From positions 62,001 to 126,000 of the forward strand of contig NW_020846920.1 in assembly GCF_003704095.1 (NCBI RefSeq): a DNA stretch of 64,000 bases. The letters run 5' to 3'. The notes under the pieces were generated by a model that did not search any database, was not told where the DNA came from, and worked only from the letters and a program-made list of their open reading frames with translations. The translations under genes and the position numbers were made by a program. Each line of letters starts with the position of its first letter. The stretch's first letter is position 1. Shown here piece after piece: positions 1-11,989 of this stretch. Source of the stretch: Pocillopora damicornis (lineage: Eukaryota).

Positions 1-18
1 GTGCTTTAGTTGTTCTAG

Positions 19-2604
19 GAGAATCGCTACAATCATTGCACTGGAAACGTCTGAGTGATAGCTCATACTTTGATGGAGCAGTTTTACTCCGGCGTGACTT
101 TGCATTTAAAAGGGACATCTTAAGAACAGTGAAAACATCGGGGGAAGTTCACTGTGGCCTCGCCTGTTTGTCTGAAAGTGACTGCATCGCACAAACGTAC
201 TGCCGCGAGCCGTGGCAGAAACTCAAGGGAACATGCTATCTGCATCGAAGAGGAATCAAAGACGGGCTGGCTGAAGATGCCTTCGTGAAAAGCGATGGAT
301 GTACTTACCAACAATACATAGATTTTCACGTAAGTACATTTTGCATTATATTTGTAATAAAGTAATTTTTAGTATTCATTTAAAAAAAAAGGAAAAACAA
401 AAAAAACAAGGAGCAAGTAATGCGGAATTATTTTCAATTTAAACTATTCATTTACCGTTTCCATTTGTCTCCAACAAATGACGAATTCTCAATGATTCTC
501 TGGACATTGATTATTTACAGTGGAAATAATTAACAGTTTGGGCAAAACAAACACGCTGTAAGGATCAGTGAATCGGCCCATCGGAATAAACGTTCACCCG
601 ACCAAAAACCAAAGAGGATTTGATAATCAATTCAAGTCGAATTTTGAAAGCAATTCAAGGCCCAAATTTCAGAGTAAAGTACAAATGCAGTAAGAATTAC
701 TGAATTGGCTGGCGTATCGGATAAACGTCTATCTAACTAAAAACGGGGGAAGATGTGATAATCAAGTCGAATTTGAAGTCGTTAAAGAAGAATTTAAGGC
801 ATAACTTTTCCATTGCGGTATTTATTTTGTTTCTTAAATCATTAATTGTGGTCAAGAGACCGAACGATAAAAGAAATGAAATTTTTGATTTCCAAGGAAG
901 CTCTCATCGTAAATATATTTCTGAAAACTGCCATAAAACTTAAAGAAAACAACTTGCTGAAAGAAGTACTGAAATACCAATTTTCTGAGCAATGACGAGA
1001 GAGGAGAAATAAAACAGCTCCGTTGATTAAATCACAGAGACTAATGAGAACACTTCCACGAGGTTGTGGACGGTGTTTAAAAAATAAAAACGATTTGTAA
1101 CGTGTGTAACCTTTCCTGTCAGACGCCTTGCTCAAGCAAATGTCAAAATGGTCAGACATGTAGCTATGACCATGATAACAGACGATATGCTTGCCTCTGT
1201 GAGAAGCCATACACTGGAATGTACTGTGAAAAGTCTAAAGGTAACATTTTAACAACCTGGGATGAGATCAGTCTTGCAGAGTTGTCACAGGTCCACCTTC
1301 GTCTGCTCCATTTTCAGATTGGGTTTAAAGAAAGCTTCCTGAATATTTTTACTCTTTCAATTTAGTAACAAAGTGAGGTAAAGCGAATTATGTTCTTAAA
1401 GAGCAGCAACGTTTCTTTAATTCTCGCCCAATAAAAACTTCAGCCTCAAAGAACATTGTCATTCGACATAGCAAAGTGATTATTAGTTCCTACATTCCCT
1501 CACAAATGCTTTGTTTTCTTTCTGTAGCTGAAAAGAAATTTGTCAATTTTCATAAGCACGAGACCTTTCCCCTTGTTTTCTGCAAGATTTCAGTGATGGT
1601 GTACACAACACTGTATAGTAGAAAACTCGAAGGCTTTTATTTGGGAGTAGTGGTGGTAATAGCACTATTTAAGCTTGAGATGATAACGCTGTCACAGTTT
1701 TTTTTAAAAAAAATCCAATTTATTAAGTTATCTTTTAATATCGATTATTAATCCATTAATGCATTGTTCCTTTGACTTCCTTGTTGTTTCAGCAATGGCC
1801 TTTTATTTCACTTTCCTTGGTGCTCGAGGCAACACTGGGCCGATATCAACAGCTGGATACAAACGCACGCCTCTAGAAGGGACAGTAACACTCAACAAAG
1901 GAATACAGATCTGGACGGTTCCATTTACCGCGCGGTATAGTTTCACTGTGGCTGGGGCATCAGGAGGGATGGGATATCAACCAGGAGGGAATGGTGCAAT
2001 TGTAAGTGGAATTGTGAGACTTTTCAAGGGTACTGTCCTGCACCTCTTAGTTGGTCAGAAAGGTCTCAAAGGATCTTCCGCTGCAGGAGGGGGTGGAGGT
2101 ACATTTGTAGTTTTCAGTAATAATACCCTTTTTGCAGCAGCTGGCGGTGGGGGTGGTGGAGGGGGTCAGATAACATCAAAGGTTGGCGATGATGGCCGAA
2201 AAGGAACAAATGGAAGCGTTTACGGAGGAGTCAATGGCCTGGGTGGGAAAGTGTGTGCTGACGAGTTAAACTATGCAGGTGGAGGTGGTGGATTTAGAGG
2301 AGATGGGAAATGCGCCTTCAATATAACATGCGTTTCTCCTCGATCATGCAAGGAGGCTGGGTTCTCATATTTGAATGGTGGTGTGGGGGGCAAAGGAGAT
2401 GGAAATGGGGGATTCGGTGGAGGTGGAGCGGCATATAACGCTTTTGGAGGAGGCGGAGGTGGGTATTCTGGAGGGGGAGTGTTTGCCACATCGTTTGGTT
2501 CACGGTCAGGAGGGGGTGGATCCTTTGGCAATGGTGCACCCCTGTCAAGTAGTGGAGTATCACATAGTAGCGGTGACGGATACGTGTTATTTAGATACCC
2601 CTAG
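19..2604 (+). CDS. 3' part of a PAN/apple-like + EGF + ALK/LTK-type glycine-rich domain protein (5' end upstream of the window)
   Basis: Exons 19-329 (CGLACLSESDCIA..C..C, PAN-like), 1123-1240 (CQNGQTC..YACLCEKPYTGMYCE, EGF) and 1793-2604 (FTFLGARGNTGP..GIQIWTVP..AGASGG, LHLLVGQKG, GGGGGTFV, GGFGGGG, GDGYV: ALK/LTK glycine-rich domain). Splice sites are GT-AG and phases 0 and 1 are consistent. No TM or kinase before the TAG at 2602-2604. Confidence 0.85.
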
Positions 2605-3683
2605 TATCAAACCAACATATTCGGTCGATCTCCCTTGCTATAAAATGTTTTGCAATATTTCGATGACACTAACTCAATGACCAAGAATCACGATAGGCTA
2701 TATTACCTTCTGAATCAGTCACATGATTAATAAACGTCAAGATAACCGGATAATGGCCAAGTTCATCTTTTGCATTTTAAAGAACCAAGAAGGGTGGAGG
2801 AGGATAGGGGGGCAATAGAATAGAAATTTATTCCTAAAAGAATAGAAATCTAAAAAGACGACGTTAGTTGCGAACCACTGAGGGTTTTCTGCGTAATGCC
2901 TTAACCACAGCTGCAGAGACCAGCAAATCACAACTGAATGGGAAGGATCATAATGTTTCACGAATCCAGTTAACATTATTGCCTTAAGAAGACTTGCGGT
3001 ATACAGTCGAAACGTCGGAATCGCCTTGATGACCAACTGCATCCTTTTTTATGAAATCATGCATTCCTGCCGCTAACGTAACTGTCCAATTTGAACATAT
3101 GCGTATGTGGTGTGAAGGAGAAGTACCTCTCATTTTTCATTAATAATCCCTTCGTTAATCGGTATTACATAAGATATCCCGAGTATTAGAGATTTTGTCA
3201 TGGAATTTCCAATTTTATTTACAACGCTTATCCCAATTTTGAGCTATACAACGTTTGTTTCATATCGGTGCTTCTTACGCCCTATTCTAAACAACTGTGC
3301 TAACGTCACTCTTCCTCTCTGACGTTGATCTCCTCGGGCGGGTACTGTTCGCCCGAGTTCATTTAATACAAAAATGGTATCGCAGGTAACTCGTCACCCT
3401 TCATCAATAGATGAACACTGACTATTGGCTTGTCCATCATGCCACAAGGGTTCTACATTCACGCCATAAGAAAGATCGACTTTCGACTTGCTTTGCCACC
3501 ATCAATGATTAAATTCACTCTTGTTTTCGATATCACACCAAACTTGTGTGCAAAAGGGAAATTGTTGCAAGTCACTAGAGAAGGTGCATGATCCCTTATA
3601 TTTCTCAGGAAGGACCTGCACGATTGCCGAAGTACACATATCCACACGCAACCTGCACGCCAGGTTTGTAACTTGTTACAACC

Positions 3684-6600
3684 CTACCAGTAATTTATGA
3701 TGGTTACAGTTCCTGGTGTGTCTGGAGAGGCAGTGACTAACTTGGTTTCATCAGCCCACATAAGGTGCAGCAATGTTGGGTTACGATGCAGCACGTTCAA
3801 CAGCTTGCCCTCCTATAGGAAGGGAACAAAGAAAACGTTTGTCTCCCGTTTTATAAAAACTTAGAGAGGATATTTTTCCATTTGCTTATTTGAAAATAGA
3901 ATCCAGTCAAGACTGTAAGAAAGTTACATTTACACAAAAAATCCTAAACGATTTAAGGCACGGCATTTTAAGTCCATACCAGTTCAAGGTTACGGAGATG
4001 TGCTGTACAAAAGCTTAAATGTAGTCTTTTGGCAAGGTAAGCCAACGCCAGTAGGGAATAGAATGCTGAGGATAGCGAAGACTAATAAGGAAAAAAAAAT
4101 CTTGAAAAATAACAGGTTAAACGTTTCATGATACATACGCCAAAATTACGAAGTACTTCTTCAAACAGCATTACGGCATACCTTCATATCCCAAAGAGCG
4201 ATGCGCTTCCGATCTCCACCAGAAATGAGCCGATTACCTGAGAGGCACAGGCACCTGACCACCCCGATATGCTCCTCCAGTGTGTGAAGCAGGATACCTG
4301 CCAAACATAGTGACTGTTAAATAACAATCTAGTTAGAGTGCATCAAGAAACAAGGTGTAACCACAAGAAATGAAAAAGTCACCTACCTTGATGACTCCAT
4401 AATCGCACAGTACTGTCCGCCGAACCAGACGCAATTATGTCATCATTAAACTGTAAACAGTACTGGATAAAGTAGCCAAGAAAGTTTGAGAACGTGTTCA
4501 ATTCGTGCACGTGAAATCAAAAGATGTGCTGGCTTTTTGGCCATTGGGGCGGCATGTTTGGTTTTTTCTAAATTTAAATTAATACACGAACAATCATGCC
4601 AAATACTTCCATATGAGGAATTGAACCTCAGTTCTTGCATTGCGCCCTCTGATGCTCGACTACTGAGCTACAGGGAGCTCTATGGTGATCTAGGGTTTTT
4701 ACTAAGTTCATATGTGACGATCAGCAAAACGAAAACAGAGTGCTATTGAATAGATTAAGAAAGATGGTAATGTGTTCAGCATCAAACTTCGCGCACTAAC
4801 TCCAACCAACACCTAAAAAAGGCGTTAAGGCGAATTTACCTCACTGAAGGATATCAGTTTTGCTTGATGGCCAAAATAACGTGCATAATTGTGTAAAACT
4901 TATGTCTCTTCGTATTTCATACAATGAGCAAACTATGGATTCATCGCTTACCACTTCCCCTGTATGCCCAACCAAAGTGAATGTATTATCTCCTGTCTGA
5001 GCATCCCAGATCTTTATCAAACCGTCACCTCCCCCGCTGATTATCTTCTTTTCGTTAAAGTCACAACAAAAAACAGCTGGCAATAGACGTTATAAAAACT
5101 AAATATCAGAAAATTATGTTCGATATGTTGCGCAACATTTTCAGTTTTTACAGAGTAACAACAAGAAAAAAAAATAGTCACGACTAAAAGGCAAAAATCT
5201 CCATTTTCTTCAATTGTTAAAATTGGAGTCCACCTGGGAGGATCATTTATTTGCTTGAACAAGTTCAGGTTCACATTAGCCCAGGCTGAACAAATACAGA
5301 TAGCCTTTTTATCATTTACACTGCTAGTTACTACTTTGAGTCAAAATTGCGAACAGTTTTAGTGCAATCCCTCGGTGCTGGCTTATGAGAGCTATAAATC
5401 TTGCAATTGAAGTTACTTACCTTCCGTATGGCCTCTCAGTGTTAAGAGACAAGCGCCCGCTGTCATATTCCATAGCCTTATGGTTTCATCCCAAGATGTT
5501 GTGATCACGAGGTCGTCACGGGCAACCAACGCCTGACAAACAAAAGAAACGTTTTGATTGATTGGCAGCTGTTCCAGTCACTTGACATACATAGCAAAAT
5601 AAAGACTAAGTTGAAAGAAGAGGGGACGCAGATGTCTGGCCCTAGTTGCACAAAGGGTGGATAAGGGTATCCACTGGATAAATCACTATCTGGTGGATAG
5701 CGCAGTACGTTTCGTTTACAGTTATCCGCTGGATAACGATTTATCAGTTGGATAGCTTTATCGACCCTTTGAACAACTGGGCCCTGGTGGTTAATTCACT
5801 GGTTTGCAGATCGGAAGAAGCGAGTTGGAAGTCTCGACTAATTGGTGTATTTCGTTCTCAGTGAAGCACTTTACTCTCACAATGCCTCGATCCAGCCGGC
5901 AGTAAGAATGGGTACCAGCAAACTTCAATGGACAATTGATGCAGGGGGTTTACATGCCAAGTAGCAGTAACAATACGGCATGTCGTTTTTAAGCCAAAGA
6001 AACTAAAATAGCCTTCATGAGACTTGACCGATGTTACTCGCAAGATATCAGTACAGCATCTTAAAACTATTTAAAATTACCTGAATTTCATCTGAATGGC
6101 CAGTCATAGTGTGAAGAAGAGCACCAGTATCTGAATTCCACACCCGCACAGTTCTGTGTAAAAACGGGAGATAACCACAACTAAATAGATATCTTGAAAT
6201 CATAACAGAGTGTAGTCCCAAATTTTACCTACTTACAGCCCTTACTCACAGGTCAGCAGATGCACTAATGATTGTACTTCCAACAAATGATAAGTGTTCC
6301 ACACCCCCTGTGTGTCCTTGAAATGACCTGCAGTACACAAATCGTACATTTTGTTAGTCTACGAGTACACGGAAACAATAGGTAACACTTTGAGCGTACG
6401 TCGCACGAAAGTCTGACTGACGGGAGTGTTCAGAGGCTTAAAAACCATAAATTTTCTAAACTTTGCAAATTCCTTTTCCTTTCGCTAACGCTTATTAAAT
6501 TTAAACGACAAACATGCAGTATAACTCAATATTAAATCATATTCTGTGTCATCGTTCCTTTGAAGCTCACGCTCATCGCAGTTTATCTACGTTGTCGTTA

Positions 6601-9600
6601 ATAGACGAAGAATATTTCTGTCGTTGTTACAGATGAAGACCGTTGAGCTGACCTATGAAGTAGAAAGGACGGTGCTTAAAATTGACGAGGAGAAATGTAA
6701 GCCACTGCCAAGAAATCCGTGAATCAACAATCCAGTGAAGTGAATAGGAATGGAACAGAAAAAGTTCATCAAATTGTGCGTTTATAAGAGCTTCACTTCG
6801 CAAAGAATGTGACAGGAAAAATAGAATCCACGATGGCTTTGAAAAAGGTTATTAACAGCATCTGTTGACGTACACATACCAATATTCGGCTAGATAACAC
6901 CTTGGACTTGTAGGCGATGGAGATAAAATTGGCGTTTCGAAAGCGGACACTTTATGTGAAAATTTGAGACTTCGTACAAGGAAAGACTTCAAAATGAAGA
7001 AAGTACGCATATGACCTAGATGGAAACCTTAGCGTGGATATCTGAAGAGGAAGATAGAGGTTTACCACTCACATTAAAGAGAAAGAAAAAACATTACACA
7101 AATATAGTTACATGTACACCAGAAGGGAGCCGGAGATGGGACCAATACTGGAGAACATGGAGGAGAAAAACAAAGGCATAGAGGAATAGCTGAATGGAAG
7201 ACTAAGAGGAAGTTGGGAAATGCAGCGCCAGGCTTACAGAGCGCGAAGAAGGTAAGTAGGTTTTTCCTTTTGGCGTAATATTCTGAACATCACAAGCAAA
7301 TATATTAATTCGCAATCAAACCTGAGACATCGTCCAGATTTCAGGTCAAACAGTCTGATCACTCCATCTGCGCACCCAGTAGCGCACAACGAATCCTGGG
7401 TCGACAAATAGAAGTGTCATTTATTTCAAAGGGGCAAAACTTTGATATCAAACAACAGTTTCCGTCTACATGAATCATGGCCTTTCACTTCGACTCAACA
7501 TGACATCTTATGCAACCTGTAAAACTGATATCTACAATTCAATAAACTTCCCATTTGACCACTTAATCTCAAGTTACGCATTTTCTTTGCTTTTTGGTCT
7601 GTTTTCAGTTGGTTTATTGACTTATACACATCTGCTAGAAAACTATGACGGTAATTGGCTTCCCAGCTGGTGAATAAAGGGGGTAAGTTTCTAAAGAAAA
7701 TGTGGTGCTGCGTCGGTGGGCGAGAATAACAGTGTAATTTAGCATTACTAATCAACTGAGTTGAAAACGTAAATTGGTCACCGTAAAGAGTTTAAAGGCT
7801 GACGTGTCGAGTGTTAGCCCTTCGTCAGACCTGAGGAAGACAATCGCTCTGACGAAGGGCTAACGCTCGAAACGTCAGCCTTTAAACTCTTTACGGTGGC
7901 CAATTTACGTTTTCAACTCAGTTGATAACACTAAATTACCTTCCTAGCTAGTGGTCTTGCAGGTCGCACAAGTATATGGTAACCAACACAGCTTCCTCTT
8001 GGTCGATAATAGAGACTTTGATGTCTATCATTTCGTTGTTGATTTGTTATTTTCCTTGTTTCTTATGTATCACTTCAATTTCTTTCCTTCTTTTCTTTTA
8101 TTTTGACTCACATCGACTCACCTTTAGTTTCACACATCTTACAGAGTCAGTATGCGGTGAGTCCAAAACAAGAATACACTTAGCAGTTTGGACATCCCAA
8201 ACACGAGCTGTATTATCTGACGAGCCAGACACAATTGTGCTACCTGAAAATAAATGTCAGCAGTTGTAGAAACATAAATGGATGTAATTGATGCAAGCTC
8301 TATGTGGTATGCTATTTAGGACAAAAGTGAGAAAACTGTTTACATACACACTGAATATTTCTTTGAAAAGTTAGAGACAATGAATGGGATAGTCTCCAAA
8401 ATGTACAATCACCGTATGATTAACCATTTACACACTGACATCAATATGCATATTCTCCATACTGTTTTCTATACATTTCCTCACGTGGTGACAAGGAGAA
8501 TTTGTTTAACAATCAAAAGCTTCTTTAGTCAGTGATAAGTTCCTTTACTCTCCTGACCTTAATGTTTGATTCAGGGGTGTATGGTCAGGAGAAATTAGAT
8601 GCCAGTTACTCTTAGGGTTAAAGGGTTAAAGAAATTTCTTAAAGCACTTGACTCACTATTGCACTTGGCATAATTAAAAATGTAATTTCATCATAAGTTA
8701 GCAAAGAAAAGAAAAACAGAGAAATCATAAGGACTTTTAAATCAATTAAATGGTTAAGAATATATGAAAGTCACATATTTGAACTGCGGATAAAGACGTG
8801 AAAGTGATCCTTGCAGTAATGTGCACTACTTAGGCAGTGCACTACTTGGGCTTGGGTACAAGGTACGGGGGAAAAGGTACCAAAAGTTTGCACCCAAGCC
8901 ATGTGGCTTGCATGGAAGTATGAAAATAGTAAGAGTATTGCTATTCCATCTAGATGGAATGCTAGTCCCTTCAGATTTCCCTTCACCATTTTTTCTTCCT
9001 TGACAGTTCACTGACTCTGATTTGAACTCTTAACTGGAGAGGCACAGTGAAAGTAGCATATTAAAAATGCAATACATTGATTAAGCCTGGTCTACAACCC
9101 AGATCTCTTCACCCAAAGTCTGGTATCGTCAATGTTAGGCCTCCATATCTTCATGGAGAGGGTCCAAGGATGGTAGAATATTTAAGACATGGTGAAAAGC
9201 TGATGAATTTGCAGTTTCCCAAGGGTTGAGAGTTCATATAGAAACTGGGCTGGGTATGAGTAAGGATTTAATTTCAGAAAAATGCAATGACTGCAATTCT
9301 CTAGGCAGCCTCTAAGTTTTCCTTTCAATTCTATAACCACTTAAAATGATTTAAGACATTTACCATCACAAGCCATGCAGGTGATAGGATCCTTGTGTCC
9401 TCTTAAAAGTGGTGCAACAGAGTATCTGCCTTGTTCCCAGTTCTTATCAAGTGAGAGGGCTCGAATATAGATCTGCTTCCAACGGCAGGTGGCAGGCTTT
9501 AGTACAGTACATGTGTTATTTGTTAATGATGCATTTGACCCTTGAGAGGTTAACATATGACGCATTTGCAGAAGATCTTCTCCAAATCTGTCCCACCCCT

Positions 9601-11372
9601 TTTGAACACAGAAACGATACCTGAAAAACATTCATGTATATATATGAATGGCAGAGTCAGCCAGCCAAAGTGATGGTAAAAGAAATTGAAATCAAAATAC
9701 AAGGTGTTAGGAGGGAATTACTGAAGAGCCTAATGTTCTCCATGCATCTTTAAAATTACAAAAGTGTCCCAGGGCTCATTTTTTCTCAAGAAAAATGAAT
9801 TGGTTTGGCAGGAACAGCTTCTGACTAGTACATCTAAATTTTTACTTACACCAGCAGATAGTAACCAAAGAGCATTTTTAAACTTTCATTACCAATCATT
9901 GGCTACCTTAGGTGATTTCACACTTAAACTAATGCTACACTCTTCATGAACTTTAATTCCTCTAAACTCCCATGGATCTTGATTTCTCAGACCATGACAG
10001 TTGCTAAAATACTCTGATAATTTCACAAGATTTTAGGATACTTTGAGCTTAATTTGGCTGATGCTGATTTTCCCTCCCCATTTAAACCTTTCAAGTGTTC
10101 TGGATATTTTTCTGAACAGTGTAAACCCACTTCCTTCCCCAGAAGGCATGAAAGATTAAGAATCAATTGTTTTGCATAACCTCAATGAGACACAATTATT
10201 TGATAAGAAATTCTAGTCTGAACTTAAACCAAAAAATAAATGCACTTGCAGTAACAAAAAGATTAATTAAGGAATAAACAAAGGTGCATGTATTATGTTG
10301 ATTGCATGTAAACATACCAAAATGCATTATGATTTGATCTTTCCCTCCACAGTCTGTTGCACTGTGCAACACAACTGAGTGATTTTACAGACAGATATGA
10401 GAATATTCTTTCTGCCAATTCTTTTGGTAGAGATGCCACAAAATCTACTGCTAGCAGTGGTTTTAACTCATTGTAAAGCAACCTCAGCTGAAGTGGCTAA
10501 AACACAAATAGCAAAAAAAAAAAAAAAAGAAAAGACTAATAAATAAATAAGAACAACAATTAATATTATCAGTAATCCCACTATTAAAGATGTCTTTCCT
10601 AAATTATCTCAACTGTGAAGACAGTACTTTGCGACTGGCTTTGAGTAAAATGCAGAAAGCCTTGGAAATTGTGTGGTACTTCTGCAATCAGCACACATTT
10701 GGTTTCTTGTGTTCTTACAGTTATCACTGCTCAGACACGTCCAACCTCACCAAATTTTGACTCTCATAATAACCTCTCCATATGCACCTTTCATGGATTT
10801 CATCACGAACTTCATAATGTGGTCGTAAGTGCAAAGATCTGGCATGAAATGCCGGTCAACTGCACTCGTCATGTACATGTAAGACTGTGTGACAATGCAG
10901 GTGGTCACTTGCAACCTAACTCCATTCATTTTCTATTCTTTCCAAATCTTAACAAAAGATTTCCTAAAAAAAGGCCAGTATTAATTAACAAAATCATTCC
11001 CTCCAAGAGGAGAAGTACTAGAGAATTTGAAGAAAGCCGGTGAGTGAAGAATTTAACTAACTACTATTAATATCAACAGGTTACATGTACATGTGTACCC
11101 AGCTGATAGTGGTTTCGAGGATCAGATGGAGTCCTCGATGATGAGGCGTTTCTTTGATGCTACATACATGTAGTTCAGTCGTTAGCAGCGGCGATCCCTC
11201 GAACAGTATCAGCTTCAGATAGTGATAAATCAACTGTATAAGGCAAGCTTTAGATCAGACATAAACAAACCTGACAGGCGAGAAGGATTTGTTGCAAGAC
11301 TTCGTTTTGCTGATCACGATTAAAATCTTTAAATGTGTTCACAAACACTTTGGCTTTCTCTTCAAAACTCAT
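3684..11372 (-). CDS. F-box/WD40-repeat protein (FBXW family SCF substrate receptor), about 12 exons
   Basis: ATG 11372 MSFEEKAKVFVNTFKDFNRDQQNEVLQQILLACQ|PLQLRLLYNELKPLLAVDFVASLPKELAERIFSYLSVKSLSCVAQCNRLW (dimerisation-like helices plus F-box). WD exons: RGHKDPITC, IVSGSSDNTARVWD, ATGCADGVIRLFD, GHTGGV..SASADLTVRVWN, GHSDEI..TSWDETIRLWN, GHTE..ISGGGDGLIKIWD, GHTGEV..ASGSADSTVRLW, EEHIGVV..ISGGDRKRIALWD. Last exon ends VTIINYW* at 3684. Confidence 0.9.
5638..5783. mobile_element. MITE-like palindromic element with internal TATCCANTGGATA motifs
   Basis: Imperfect terminal inverted repeats ggccctagttgcacaaagggtggataa / ttatcgaccctttgaacaactgggcc. A related copy lies at 53563-53713. Confidence 0.75.
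5785..5940 (+). mobile_element. Degenerate tRNA-derived SINE-like fragment
   Basis: A-box-like tggtggttaa start followed by cactttactctcacaatgcctc...aatgggtaccagcaaa. Similar pieces at about 9035-9125 (minus) and about 58705-58730. Confidence 0.45.
7734..7939. repeat. About 95-bp-arm inverted repeat built from two opposed Penelope-type terminal repeats
   Basis: Left arm 7734-7829 is the near reverse complement of 7848-7939. The same family recurs at about 49065-49152 and 57170-57325. Confidence 0.85.
7846..7879 (+). ncRNA. Minimal type I hammerhead ribozyme (Penelope-associated)
   Basis: gct-CTGACGA-a-gggc-taac-gctc-GAAAC-GTC-agc: conserved core, 4-bp stem II, palindromic ACGT stem III, GUC cleavage triplet, stem I gct/agc. 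Confidence 0.75.
8420..8629. mobile_element. TTAA-flanked piggyBac-type MITE
   Basis: ttaa|ccattta ... taaaggg|ttaa ends. An internally deleted copy with the same catactgttctctatacatttcctca core is at 37955-38053. Confidence 0.7.
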
Positions 11373-11989
11373 TCTTCTGAGTAGAGAGGCATGGATGCGT
11401 TCTTCTCAAGTTGTTAGATTCACTTTTCGGAATCTTGATTTAAAGAACTCGAAATCTAAACAAAATCCCTTAAGGACCTCTAAGATGATCACCCTTCCCC
11501 GTCATTGAGCCTGCGATTATTATGAGTTTTAGTCACGCCTTTCTTGCACTGAGTCACGCCTTCAAGTCACGGGAAGTCACGCTTCATCGTAAAAGAGGCG
11601 CACGATATTTTCAACTTATGGTCAGCAGTTTCCGGTGTCAATTCAACATGGAGGGCATTCCTATGTGGTTGTTTGTAAACAACTTGAAACCTGCCTCAAC
11701 TCGGTGGCTGAAAACGATCTAGAAGGCTCCTTTAATTCAATTTGACTGTTGAGAAGGATGATATTCCTCTTAAACTGTGTTTTTAGAACGGATCGCCCTA
11801 CATTTCTTGACCTTGGCACACAGAAGGAGAATACAGAACATTCTGAATAGTTACCAAAACTTGTAAAATTATTTATGATTTCTTTGATATACCAAAGATT
11901 TTAAACAGCACGAATTCAGTGGTAGTTGAAGGCTCTTACTCGAGAAAAATCAGAGAATTACTGGTACGAGGTGTATCGTGATATTTGTG
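11373..11989. promoter_or_regulatory. Head-to-head region between the FBXW gene and the coiled-coil gene (probable bidirectional promoter)
   Basis: Divergent starts about 0.3-0.6 kb apart; four AGTCACG motifs at 11531-11581. Confidence 0.5.

Noticed and set aside
2271-2680. Proline-rich and other ORFs overlapping the Gly-rich exon
   Set aside because: Antisense or alternative-frame shadows of GGN codons.
6560-7260. Possible 5' fragment of a minus-strand retroelement in the FBXW intron
   Set aside because: Composition suggests a decayed repeat, but no motif can be read with confidence.
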